Assembly: GCA_038214535.1 (NCBI GenBank) | Contig: JBBQRS010000008.1 | Location: forward strand, 1,272-65,271 | Reading direction: 5' to 3' | Length of the DNA stretch: 64,000 nt | Source of the DNA: Anaerolineae bacterium | GTDB taxonomy: Bacteria > Chloroflexota > Anaerolineae > CG2-30-64-16 | In this document: in pieces, positions 9,173 to 18,058 of the stretch | Numbering within the stretch: position 1 is the first letter of the stretch | How the letters are laid out: every line of letters begins with the position of its first letter | Made by a program: the position numbers and the translations under genes | Notes under the pieces: generated by a model | Seen by the model: only the letters and a program-made list of their open reading frames with translations | The model's database searches: none | Told to the model about the DNA's origin: nothing

Positions 9173-9451
9173 ATGAGCGCGCCGCTGTCGGATACGCCGC
9201 CGGAGGTCGAGGAAGTGCAGATCGCGTTGCTGCGCGACCTGCCGCCGTGGCATAATCTGCACGTGGCGGCCGGGATGTGGGACGCTGCCCGGCGGTTGAT
9301 GTTGGCAGGTTTACGCGCCGAGGATCCCGATGCGCCGCCGGAGGTTTTGCAACGGCGTCTGATGGACCTGCTGCTTGGGCCGGAGATCGCGGCCAGGGTG
9401 TATGGGGCCGTTGCAATGGGAGAAGGCACGTGGCGCAACAACCCGGCCTGA
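9173..9451 (+). CDS. Hypothetical protein (92 aa), possible partner of the downstream nucleotidyltransferase-fold protein
   Basis: ORF begins 9 nt after the previous stop and ends 8 nt before the next start. No motif recognised. Confidence 0.5.
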   Translation: MSAPLSDTPPEVEEVQIALLRDLPPWHNLHVAAGMWDAARRLMLAGLRAEDPDAPPEVLQRRLMDLLLGPEIAARVYGAVAMGEGTWRNNPA

Positions 9452-9459
9452 TCGAGGTG

Positions 9460-10017
9460 ATGGTGTTGGCCGCTGACGCTCTCGACGCGCTGCATGTTCC
9501 TTATTACATCGGCGGCTCGATCGCCAGCACTCACTATGGCATCGCGCGCTTCACACAGGATATTGATCTGGTTGCCGATTTGCGCCCGGAACATGCTGCA
9601 CCACTTGCAGGGCTGCTCGATAAACAGTTTTACCTGGATCGAAGCACCATTCGTCACGAGATCAACCGGCGCGGTAGCTTCAATCTGATCCATCTCGCTA
9701 CCGGCATCAAGGTGGATATCTTCGTCCAGAAGAATCGGCCATTCGAGAAATCGCAGTTTGCGCGGCGTCAGCCTGTTGACCTCGGCCTCGACCCGCCGCG
9801 CTCTCTGTCGTTCGCCAGCGTGGAAGACACGATCCTTGCCAAGCTGGAGTGGTATCGTAAGGGCGGTGAGGTCTCCGACCGCCAGTGGTCCGATGTGCAG
9901 GCGGTTCTCAAGCGACAACGCGAGCGGCTCGATCGAGATTATCTGCGCCGGTGGGCCCTGGAGTTAGGTGTCTCGGATTTGCTGGAACTCGCCCTGGTTG
10001 ACGCGGGTGTTGCGTAG
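9460..10017 (+). CDS. Nucleotidyltransferase-fold protein (MNT/AbiEii-like superfamily, uncertain)
   Basis: Start trimmed to MVLAADALDALHVPYYIGGSIASTHYGIARFTQDIDLV (GS..., D-x-D pattern). The upstream part of the track ORF is Arg/Gly-rich junk. Confidence 0.6.
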   Translation: MVLAADALDALHVPYYIGGSIASTHYGIARFTQDIDLVADLRPEHAAPLAGLLDKQFYLDRSTIRHEINRRGSFNLIHLATGIKVDIFVQKNRPFEKSQFARRQPVDLGLDPPRSLSFASVEDTILAKLEWYRKGGEVSDRQWSDVQAVLKRQRERLDRDYLRRWALELGVSDLLELALVDAGVA

Positions 10018-10119
10018 AATCCAGGGCGGGGAGACCCGCCCCTACGGGGACAAGCGTGATCGGTGGTGTAGGGGAGAGGTTTCCTCACCCTTCGCCCTGT
10101 CCCACATTCGGCGGGATCA

Positions 10120-10851
10120 TTACCTCAGCCGCTCGCCGCCGTCCACGGGCAGCAGGACGCCGGTGATGTAGGGGGCTTTGGCGAGAAAGACGACCGCATC
10201 CGCCACGTCTTCGGCTGTACCCCAGCGCCCCAGCAACGTGCGTTTGGCCGTGGCTGCGTTTTGCGCCTCGGTGTAATCGGGCGGGGGCAGCACCGGGCCG
10301 GGCGCGACGGCGTTCACCCGCACGGCGGGCGCAAGCTCCTGCGCCAGCCCATAGGTGAGGTTGAGCAACCCGGCTTTCGCGGCGGAGTGGGCGAGGAAGT
10401 TAGGGAACGGCTTGAGCGCCGACAGGTCCACGATGTTGATGATCGCGCCGTTGCCGTGCGCCGTGAGATAGGGCGAGGCGGCTTTGGCGCACAGGAATGC
10501 GCCCTTCAGATCCACGTCCACCTTGGCATCCCACATCTCCTCCGTCAACTCCTCCCACGGAGTGCGTTGCCAGACGGAGGCGCTATTTACCAGCACGTCG
10601 AGGCGACCGAAGCGTGCGATGGCCGCGTCCACCATCGCCTGCACCTGCGCGCCCTGCGCGACGTCGGCCTGGAACGCGAGCGCCTGCCGGCCACGCGCTT
10701 CGATCTCCGCGACGGTCTGTGTGGACGCGGCGGCGGAAGTGTTGTAGTTCATCACGATATCGGCCCCTGCGTCGGCCAGCGCCAGTGAGATGGCCTTGCC
10801 CACGCGGACTGCCCCGCCGGTGACCAGCGCGACTTTGCCGTTAAGATCCAT
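10120..10851 (-). CDS. SDR family oxidoreductase
   Basis: Start trimmed to MDLNGKVALVTGGAVRVGKAI (TGxxxxxG). Catalytic-region pattern SAAKAG (Y-to-S variant?). AAGGAG RBS. Confidence 0.8.
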   Translation of the reverse strand: MDLNGKVALVTGGAVRVGKAISLALADAGADIVMNYNTSAAASTQTVAEIEARGRQALAFQADVAQGAQVQAMVDAAIARFGRLDVLVNSASVWQRTPWEELTEEMWDAKVDVDLKGAFLCAKAASPYLTAHGNGAIINIVDLSALKPFPNFLAHSAAKAGLLNLTYGLAQELAPAVRVNAVAPGPVLPPPDYTEAQNAATAKRTLLGRWGTAEDVADAVVFLAKAPYITGVLLPVDGGERLR

Positions 10852-11126
10852 GGGTTTGCTCCTTTTTTGCACCGAATTACACGAATGATGCGAAGAAAAT
10901 GATAGCTTCGGTCGAGTATACCATGTCTCAGGCAGGCCGGGCGAAAGCCACGCCTGGACGTATTGCATTTTCGGGGCAACCCACCGCGGTGTCGAGCTGA
11001 GGCCCACCGTTTGGGCCGAAGCATCTCGAATTCCGAAGCGAGACCCTTCGCTAGAGACCAAGCGTAACGTGCTTTGAAGGGTTAACCCGCTCAGGGTGAC
11101 AATCTCGCTCGCTACGCCCTATGTTG

Positions 11127-11155
11127 TTGCCGGAGCGGAAATTCCCGGCTATGAT
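11127..11155 (+). promoter_or_regulatory. Candidate sigma-70-type promoter (TTGCCG-17-TATGAT)
   Basis: Hexamers at 11127-11132 and 11150-11155, about 40 nt upstream of the epimerase ATG. Confidence 0.35.
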
Positions 11156-11194
11156 AGGGCGGCTTTGCACAATCTATTCCCAATGTGAGGCGTC

Positions 11195-12229
11195 ATGCGT
11201 TTCAAGCGAATCATCTCCGCGATTGATTCACACACCGAGGGCGAGCCGGCGCGCGTGGTGATCGGCGGCGTGCCGCACGTGCCCGGCGAGACGATGCTGG
11301 ACAAGTGGCGTTGGGCCAAAACCCACCTCGATGACCTGCGCACGATGCTGATGTTCGAGCCGCGCGGCAGCGCGATCTACTCCGGCAGCATCATCACCAC
11401 GCCCGCGACGCCGGGGGCCGATCTGGGCGTGATTTTCATCGAGACCAGCGGCTTCCTGCCGATGTGCGGCCACGGCGCGATTGCTACGGCGACGGTGATC
11501 GTCGAGGCTGGGCTGGTGGAGGTGACCGAACCCGTGACGGAGCTGACGCTGGACACCCCGGCGGGGCTGGTGAAGGCGCGCATTCGCGTGGAAGATGGCA
11601 TCGCACAGGATGTGACGATCCAGAACGTGCCGTCCTTCGCCTACCGGCTCGATCAGGTCGTGGACGTGCCGGGGCTGGGCCGCGTGACGCTGGATATCGG
11701 CTACGGCGGCAACTTCTACGCCGTAGTGGACGCGGCGCAGGTGGGACTGGAGATTGACCCGGCGCACGCCCGCCAGGTGATTGACCTGGGCAATCGGATT
11801 CGCGACGCGATCTACGAGCAGGTGGAGGTGCGCCACCCGGAGAACCCGGAGATCAACACCTGTTCGCACGTGCGCTTCATCGCCGCGCCCAGGGACCCGC
11901 GCGCCACCACGCGCAACGCGGTGCTCTACTCCGCGGAGGCGATTGACCGGTCGCCGTGCGGCACGGGCACGTCGGCGGAGATGGCGGTGCGCCACGCGCG
12001 CGGCGTGCAAAAGTTGGGCGATGAGTTCGTGAGCGAAAGCATCATCGGCAGCATCTTCTACGGCAATCTGGTGGAGGAGACCAAAGTTGGGCCGTACACG
12101 GCGGTCGTGCCCACCATCCGCGGCAGCGCCTACGTCACCGGCATCCAGCAGTTCGTGCTCGACCCGCGCGACCCGTGGCCGAACGGCTTCTTCCTCGGCG
12201 CGCCCAGCCGCTGGGGCGCAGAGATTTAA
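11195..12229 (+). CDS. Proline racemase family enzyme, Cys/Cys type (4-hydroxyproline 2-epimerase or proline racemase)
   Basis: Both catalytic Cys motifs are present: PMCGHGAIA and DRSPCGTGTSA. Confidence 0.85.
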   Translation: MRFKRIISAIDSHTEGEPARVVIGGVPHVPGETMLDKWRWAKTHLDDLRTMLMFEPRGSAIYSGSIITTPATPGADLGVIFIETSGFLPMCGHGAIATATVIVEAGLVEVTEPVTELTLDTPAGLVKARIRVEDGIAQDVTIQNVPSFAYRLDQVVDVPGLGRVTLDIGYGGNFYAVVDAAQVGLEIDPAHARQVIDLGNRIRDAIYEQVEVRHPENPEINTCSHVRFIAAPRDPRATTRNAVLYSAEAIDRSPCGTGTSAEMAVRHARGVQKLGDEFVSESIIGSIFYGNLVEETKVGPYTAVVPTIRGSAYVTGIQQFVLDPRDPWPNGFFLGAPSRWGAEI

Positions 12230-12230
12230 T

Positions 12231-12321
12231 AGACAGGATTTACAGGATTTACAGGATGAAAAGGAAATCAGATTCATTGCGCCCTATTCTTCCAATCCTG
12301 TAAATCCTGTAAATCCTGTCT
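12231..12321. repeat. Word palindrome (ACAGGATTT words)
   Basis: agacaggatttacaggatttacaggat (12231-12257) pairs with atcctgtaaatcctgtaaatcctgtct (12295-12321). Confidence 0.9.
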
Positions 12322-12345
12322 TCTTTGGAAAGGGAACAAAGCCGC

Positions 12346-13506
12346 GTGTATCCTGATGTGGTGGTGATTGGCGGGGGGATCGTGGGGTGCGCGTGCGCGT
12401 ATTACCTGGCGCGCGCGGGGGTAAACGTGCGCCTGCTGGAGCGCGGGCCGCTGGGTTCCGGCGCATCGCGTGCGGGGATGAGCCACGTCGTGACGTGGGA
12501 GGAGCCGGAGCCGCACCTCGAACTGGCGCGCGCCAGCAACCGCCTTTACCAGACCCTGGGCGCCGAGCTGGACGCCGAGCTGGAATATCGCCGCACGGGC
12601 AGCATCGCCATTGTCGAGAAGCCCGAATCGCTGCCCGGCATGGCCGCGATGGTCGAGCGGTTGCAGGCGTGGGGGCTGGATTGTCGCTCCTTGAGCCGCG
12701 AGGAGTTGCTGGCGATGGAGTCGAGCCTTGCGCCCGATGTGGCCGGCGGCGCGTATTTCCCCACCGACGCCCAGGTGAACCCGCTCTACACCACGCGGGC
12801 GCTGGCCCGCGCTGCGACGGCGCTGGGGGCGTCCATCGAGCCGTTCGCCGAGGTGACGGGGATCGAGCGGAACGCCGGTGGGCGCGTGACGGGCGTGCAG
12901 ACCCGCGCCGGGCGGATACCTGCGGGGGCTGTGGTGAACGCAGCGGGCGCGTACGCGGGGCAGGTCGCCGCGTGGGCCGGGCTGGAGATCCCCATCCGCC
13001 CGCGTAAGGGGACGCTGGTGATCACGGCGCCCGCGCCCGCTAATACGATGAACTGCAAGGTGATCCTGGCGGCGGGTTATATGGACGCGGTGCGCGACGG
13101 CGGCAGTGGCGTGGCCGTCGCCGCGAACGTCCAGCAGTTGGGCAATGGCAACCTGTTGCTGGGCAGCAGCCGGCAGTTCGTCGGGTTTGACACGAGCGTA
13201 GATTCGGCGGTGGTGGGGCTGATGGTGGAGCGCTGTCTGCGGTTCTTCCCGGCGCTGGCGGGCCTGACCGCGATCCGCGTGTGGGCCGGGTTACGGCCTT
13301 ACACGCCCGACCTGTTGCCAGTAATCGGCCCCGCGCTGGGCGCGCCCGGCTTCTTCATGGCTGCGGGGCATGAGGGCATTGGCATCACGGAGGCGCCCAT
13401 CACGGGGCTATTAATAAGCCAACTATTGACGGGCGCGCCGGTGGAGGTGTCGGTGGACGCGTTCGCGCCCGCGCGCTTTGCGGTGATACTGGATACATCA
13501 CCCTGA
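12346..13506 (+). CDS. FAD-dependent oxidoreductase (DAO family; D-hydroxyproline dehydrogenase beta-like / opine oxidase B-like)
   Basis: VYPDVVVIGGGIVGCACAYYLARAG dinucleotide-binding motif. GTG 12346 preferred over the track's TTG at 12325. Confidence 0.8.
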   Translation: MYPDVVVIGGGIVGCACAYYLARAGVNVRLLERGPLGSGASRAGMSHVVTWEEPEPHLELARASNRLYQTLGAELDAELEYRRTGSIAIVEKPESLPGMAAMVERLQAWGLDCRSLSREELLAMESSLAPDVAGGAYFPTDAQVNPLYTTRALARAATALGASIEPFAEVTGIERNAGGRVTGVQTRAGRIPAGAVVNAAGAYAGQVAAWAGLEIPIRPRKGTLVITAPAPANTMNCKVILAAGYMDAVRDGGSGVAVAANVQQLGNGNLLLGSSRQFVGFDTSVDSAVVGLMVERCLRFFPALAGLTAIRVWAGLRPYTPDLLPVIGPALGAPGFFMAAGHEGIGITEAPITGLLISQLLTGAPVEVSVDAFAPARFAVILDTSP

Positions 13507-13517
13507 CCAGCCACTTT

Positions 13518-13571
13518 GTAGTGACGGCTTTAGCCGTTGTAGTGCCCACAAACGGCTAAAGCCGTCACTAC
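13518..13571. repeat. Hairpin element, family A
   Basis: gtagtgacggctttagccgtt pairs with aacggctaaagccgtcactac. Confidence 0.85.
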
Positions 13572-13631
13572 GAAGGGGAAAAACACGATGGAAAGTTATT
13601 TCGCATGATCCTGCACAAGGAGGAACAACAC

Positions 13632-14534
13632 ATGGCTCGATTTGAAGGCGTTTACGCAGTGACCTGCACGCCGTTCGATACGGAGGGCGCGGTGGATGAG
13701 GCCGCGCTGCGGCGGCACATCCGTTGGATGCTGGACGAGGGCGGCGTGCATGGCATCATTCCGACGGGCAGCACCGGCGAGTTCGCGTATCTGGATAACG
13801 ACGAGTTGCGCCGGGTGCTGGATGTCACGCTGGAAGAAGTGGACGGGCAGGTTCCGGTGATCGCCGGGGCCGCGGCCTGCGCCACGCGTGAGACCATCCG
13901 CCGCGCGCGGGATGCGGAAGAGGCCGGGGCCGACGGCGTGATGATCGTCTCGCCCTACTACGGCCACCTGGCGCAGGAGGAACTGTACGCGCACTTCCGC
14001 GCCGTCGCCGAGAGCAGCGCGCTCCCGATTATCCTCTACAACAACCCCGGCGCGTCCGGCTCTGACGTGTTGGCGGAGACGGTGGCGCGGTTGGCCGAGT
14101 TCGAGAACATCGCGGCGGTGAAGGAGAGCACCGGCGAGATGCAGCGCGTGAACGAGATCATGCGGTTGTGCGGCGACAAGATTGAGGTGCTGTGCGGGTG
14201 CGATACGCTGCCGCTAGAGATGTTCAAGATGGGCGTCCGGGGCTGGGTGGCCGCGCCCGCGAACAGTATCCCGCGGGAATGCGTGGCGCTCTATACGCTG
14301 GCTGTGGAGCGGGGCGACGACGCGGCGGCGCGGGCGCTCTACGACACGTTGCTGCCCCTCTTCGAACTGTTCGAGGGGACGGGCCAGTACGTGCAGCTCA
14401 ACAAGGCGGCGCTGGCGATGATGGGGCGGCCCATCGGCGCGCCGCGGCCCCCGTTGTTGCCCGTCAGTGAGGCGCGCCGATCTGAACTGCGCGGGATCCT
14501 CGCCGCGATCCACGCGTACGAGGTCGTGTGGTGA
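13632..14534 (+). CDS. DapA/HBPHA family lyase (candidate pyrroline-4-hydroxy-2-carboxylate deaminase)
   Basis: AAGGAGG RBS at 13617-13623. GIIPTGSTGEF and a Schiff-base Lys region AAVKES typical of the dihydrodipicolinate synthase family. Function inferred from cluster context. Confidence 0.75.
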   Translation: MARFEGVYAVTCTPFDTEGAVDEAALRRHIRWMLDEGGVHGIIPTGSTGEFAYLDNDELRRVLDVTLEEVDGQVPVIAGAAACATRETIRRARDAEEAGADGVMIVSPYYGHLAQEELYAHFRAVAESSALPIILYNNPGASGSDVLAETVARLAEFENIAAVKESTGEMQRVNEIMRLCGDKIEVLCGCDTLPLEMFKMGVRGWVAAPANSIPRECVALYTLAVERGDDAAARALYDTLLPLFELFEGTGQYVQLNKAALAMMGRPIGAPRPPLLPVSEARRSELRGILAAIHAYEVVW

Positions 14535-14836
14535 CCGCGGCGGAAAGTTCGCGGCGCTTCGGCCCTGCGCCCGAGCGTGTGCTTAATTTTACCGTGGACG
14601 GCGCGCCCTGCACCGCCTATCCCGGCGACACGATTGCCGCGGCGCTGTACGCGGCCGGGGTGCGCGCCTGGCGACGTTCGCGGCATGGCGACCTGCGCGG
14701 GCTCTTCTGCGGGATCGGCGTCTGTTATGACTGCCTGGTGACGGTGGACGGCGCGCCGAACCGGCGCGCGTGCCAGATCGAGGTGCGCGAGGGGATGGCC
14801 GTGGAGACCAACCTGGGCGACGAGGCCGTGCCGTGA
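14528..14836 (+). CDS. (2Fe-2S)-binding small subunit (opine oxidase / D-Hyp dehydrogenase gamma-like)
   Basis: GTG start overlaps the upstream stop. Cys cluster FCGIGVCYDCLVTVDG...RACQ. Confidence 0.75.
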   Translation: MVTAAESSRRFGPAPERVLNFTVDGAPCTAYPGDTIAAALYAAGVRAWRRSRHGDLRGLFCGIGVCYDCLVTVDGAPNRRACQIEVREGMAVETNLGDEAVP

Positions 14837-16212
14837 CCCTGACACCCGATGTGGCCGTGGTGGGAGGTGGGCCGGCGGGCCTGAGCGCGGCGCTGGCGGC
14901 GCGGCAGGCCGGCGCGACGGTGATCCTGTTCGACGCGGCGGCGCGTCCGGGCGGCCAGTATTATCGCCAACCCCCGGATCGGTTGCGTGGCGCGGCGTCG
15001 CACCGGCAGGCGGAAGGCCGGCGACTGTGGGAAGAGGTCGCGGCCGCAGGCGTGGAGATCCGCTCAGGGTGGCAGGCGTGGAACCTGACGCCTGAGCGTG
15101 TGCTCTCGGTGGCCGGGCCGGGGGGCAGCGAAACCTGCACGGCGCGCGCGGTCGTCGTGGCCGCGGGCGCATACGAGCGGGTGCTGCCGTTTCCCGGCTG
15201 GACCACCCCCGGCGTGATCACCGCCGGCGCGGCGCAAACGCTGCTCGACCAGGGTGTGCGACCCGGCAGGCGCGCGCTGGTCGCGGGTACGGGGCCGCTG
15301 AACCTGACGACGGCCGCGGCGTTGCTGCGCGACGGCGTGGAGGTAGTCGCTGTGCTGGAGGGATCGCCGCTTTACCGGCTCGGCGCGCGCCATGCGACCG
15401 GTTTTTGGGGCCAGTGGGAGCGGCTACGCGAGGGGACCGAGAGCGTCGCGCAGATGGCGCGCCACGGCACACCCTATCGGGTCGGGTGGGGACTGATGGC
15501 GGTGCACGGTGACGCGGGCATCGAGGGCGCGACCATCGCGCGCCTCGACGCGGAGTGGCGACCGATTTCCGGCAGCGAGCGGGAGATTACGTGCGACACC
15601 GTATGCGTTGGCTACGGGCTGACGCCGTTCTACGCGTTGGCGGCGGTGGCGGGGGCGCAACTCGAATGGCGGCCCGACCGGGGCGGGCAGGTCCCGCTGC
15701 GTGATGCAACCTTTTGCACCACCGTGCCGGGCGTGTACGCGGTCGGCGATGGCGCAGGGATCGGCGGGGCGCGCATGTCCATGCTGGAAGGCGAGGTCGC
15801 GGGGATCGCCGCGGCGGCGCTGGCGGGGCATGGGATCGCGGATGCACAAGACCGGTTGCGCGGGCTGGGGCCGGCGCTGGCGCGCGAGGAGCGGTTCCGG
15901 CGCGCATACGCGGCGCTTTTCACGCCGGGGCCGGGTGCGTTCGAGCGCGCCGACGATGCGGCGCTGATCTGTCGCTGCGAAGGCGTGACGTTGGGGATGG
16001 TGCGCGTCGCCGCCGCAGGAGGCGCGACGACGCTGGTGGAGCTTAAGGCGGCCACGCGCTGCGGGATGGGCGAATGCCAGGGGCGGATGTGCGACCATGC
16101 GGCCGCGCACGCGCTGGCGCGTTTCACCGGGCGCAGCGTGGCCGAGGTTGGCCTCAATCATCCGCGCCCGCCGGTGCTATCCCTGCCGCTGGCGCAGATA
16201 GCTGATGGCTGA
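14833..16212 (+). CDS. NAD(P)/FAD-dependent oxidoreductase (alpha-like subunit, HcnB/OoxA-like)
   Basis: GTGA start/stop overlap at 14833-14836. DVAVVGGGPAGLSAALAARQAG and a second GxGxxN motif. C-terminal Cys-rich CRCEGVT...CGMGECQGRMC. Confidence 0.8.
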   Translation: MTLTPDVAVVGGGPAGLSAALAARQAGATVILFDAAARPGGQYYRQPPDRLRGAASHRQAEGRRLWEEVAAAGVEIRSGWQAWNLTPERVLSVAGPGGSETCTARAVVVAAGAYERVLPFPGWTTPGVITAGAAQTLLDQGVRPGRRALVAGTGPLNLTTAAALLRDGVEVVAVLEGSPLYRLGARHATGFWGQWERLREGTESVAQMARHGTPYRVGWGLMAVHGDAGIEGATIARLDAEWRPISGSEREITCDTVCVGYGLTPFYALAAVAGAQLEWRPDRGGQVPLRDATFCTTVPGVYAVGDGAGIGGARMSMLEGEVAGIAAAALAGHGIADAQDRLRGLGPALAREERFRRAYAALFTPGPGAFERADDAALICRCEGVTLGMVRVAAAGGATTLVELKAATRCGMGECQGRMCDHAAAHALARFTGRSVAEVGLNHPRPPVLSLPLAQIADG

Positions 16213-16280
16213 TAGCTGATGGCAGATAGCAAAGAGTTAAGCCATCGGCCATTCGCCATCCGCCATCAGCTATCAGCCAT
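16197..16280. repeat. Word palindrome (GATAGCTGATGGC words)
   Basis: The left arm 16197-16230 overlaps the last 5 codons and stop of the upstream CDS. Right arm 16241-16280. Lies between convergent genes. Confidence 0.85.
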
Positions 16281-16283
16281 TCG

Positions 16284-17879
16284 TTACCGCGGGATGTACC
16301 CGACCATGCGGCCGTCGGCGGTGAAGTAGCCGCACGGACAGTTGGACGTATCAACGACCGGCGGCGGCGTGGGTGTGGGCGGCGGCGGCGCTGCGGGCGG
16401 GCGGAAGATCGTCGGCATGTACACGCGATGGCTCGCATCGGGTTGCGCCGCCGGCGCGTCTGGCGCAGCCGGCGCGGCCAGCTCACCCAACGCAGCCGGT
16501 GCATCCGGCGCGGCCCACGCAACTGACGCACTCGGCTCCACGAACGCAGATTGTTCATCTTCAGCGTCCGGCATTGCCGCCGGGAGGGCGCCGGTGTTGC
16601 CGTCCCAACCGGGGCCGACCTGCCGCAACGGTGTCACCGTCAACCCCGCCGCAATGGGTGTGATGCGATAGAAGTAGACCGTCAAGGTCATCACGGCGTC
16701 ATGGATGGCGTCCAGTAGCGCGCGGGGACAGCCGCCGTTGGTCATACAGGGATCGTAGGCGATGCCCGTCGGCACGAAGTATTCCGGCGCGGTCAGTTTG
16801 CTGGGATCATCGAAGAACGGGAGATAACCCGATCCGCCCGACTGATCGGCGTCGCGCCATTGCCCGTAGAACGGGATCGGCATCGTATTGATGTGATCTA
16901 CGGAGAGGCGTCCCCCGGCGCTGCGGATGCGATAGGTGCCGCCGCCGGGATAATGCGGGTTCTTGCCGTAAGGGTCTACGGGGGTTAGAGGCTGCCGCAT
17001 CATGATGTAATTCATACCGGCGGGCGGTGTGAAGGAAAGATCCTGGTGTCGCTGGCTGAACCGATCGTCCATCTGGTCCTGCAGCGAGGCCAGCATCCCG
17101 GCATAACCTGGGCCGATGTACGATTGGAAGGTGAAGTTCTGGCTGCCCAACACAGCCACGGAGACCGTGCGTGGGGTTTGAAACTTGAATTCCGCGACGA
17201 CGTTGCTGCCGGGGTTTTGCAACCAGTACCAGCAGCCGGAGTTGGCCGGGACGACGACTTCGCCCGCCGCGTTGTATTGCACCTGCCCGCCATATTCGGG
17301 GTAGCGTTGGCCCGTGCTGGGGCCGTTCGGCAGGATGAACCCGGCGGGAAAGTATTCGAAGTCCTTCCCCAGTTGCCGGGAGACATCTACGCCGTTGTCG
17401 AAGATCCGCATCGTGGATGCGGGCACGGCGACCAACCATTCATCGCGATCGCCGGGTTTGCCCAGGCACATCACGAGGTTGGGATACTGGGAGACCATCT
17501 TCGCGCGGATCGTCACCGTGTTGCCCACACGTTGGCCCGATTCGTAGAGCGCCACGCCGACGCCGGGCCAGTAGCGAATGATAGACCCGCGCAGGTGGTC
17601 TTCCGGCACTTCGCCCACCATATCCACAAAGCTCAGCCCGCGCGGTTCGAGCCATGCGGGAGCGTCCGGTGCAGCCGGCGCGACGAGCGGTTCTTGACGG
17701 AGACTTTCGCCCTGGGGTTGGGCGCGCACAGGTTGCGGCAGCATGGCCGCGATCAGGAGAATCAATCCGCTGAAGAGGCGGATGAGGGGTATCAGCCGTT
17801 TCGAGACGGTTGAAGGGTCAGGAGCGTATCGCTGTGCAGTCCTTACCTCTATTTTAGTCGTTTCAATTTGTGTTTGCAT
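16284..17879 (-). CDS. Secreted protein of unrecognised family, paralogue A (531 aa)
   Basis: Aligns end to end with 18059-19597. Hydrophobic segment LIPLIRLFSGLILLIAAMLPQPVRAQ. Conserved Cys pairs and C-terminal NCPCGYFTADGRMVG. Start chosen at MQTQ by analogy with paralogue B. Confidence 0.8.
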   Translation of the reverse strand: MQTQIETTKIEVRTAQRYAPDPSTVSKRLIPLIRLFSGLILLIAAMLPQPVRAQPQGESLRQEPLVAPAAPDAPAWLEPRGLSFVDMVGEVPEDHLRGSIIRYWPGVGVALYESGQRVGNTVTIRAKMVSQYPNLVMCLGKPGDRDEWLVAVPASTMRIFDNGVDVSRQLGKDFEYFPAGFILPNGPSTGQRYPEYGGQVQYNAAGEVVVPANSGCWYWLQNPGSNVVAEFKFQTPRTVSVAVLGSQNFTFQSYIGPGYAGMLASLQDQMDDRFSQRHQDLSFTPPAGMNYIMMRQPLTPVDPYGKNPHYPGGGTYRIRSAGGRLSVDHINTMPIPFYGQWRDADQSGGSGYLPFFDDPSKLTAPEYFVPTGIAYDPCMTNGGCPRALLDAIHDAVMTLTVYFYRITPIAAGLTVTPLRQVGPGWDGNTGALPAAMPDAEDEQSAFVEPSASVAWAAPDAPAALGELAAPAAPDAPAAQPDASHRVYMPTIFRPPAAPPPPTPTPPPVVDTSNCPCGYFTADGRMVGYIPR

Positions 17880-17945
17880 GCGCCTGTCGTCTGGATGTGA
17901 TCGTCGGCTTCCCCACATGCGCACGCATCGCTAAAGCACACGCGC

Positions 17946-17973
17946 ATTATACGTGAGGATTGTGACGTGTCAA
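17946..17973 (-). promoter_or_regulatory. Consensus sigma-70-type promoter TTGACA-16 nt-TATAAT
   Basis: On the minus strand, TTGACA is 17973-17968 and TATAAT is 17951-17946. The flanking block is conserved with 19666-19693. Confidence 0.75.
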
Positions 17974-18025
17974 ACAAGCGCGGGCCTGAGAGGCGAGTTT
18001 CCGGCCCGCGCCGTGGTCTGAACGG

Positions 18026-18051
18026 GGCGCGCGTTGCGCATCACGCGCGCC
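18026..18051 (-). terminator. GC hairpin between the two paralogue units (no U-tract)
   Basis: ggcgcgcg / cgcgcgcc 8-bp stem with a 10-nt loop, 8 nt downstream of the paralogue B stop. Confidence 0.4.
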
Positions 18052-18058
18052 GGGCCGC

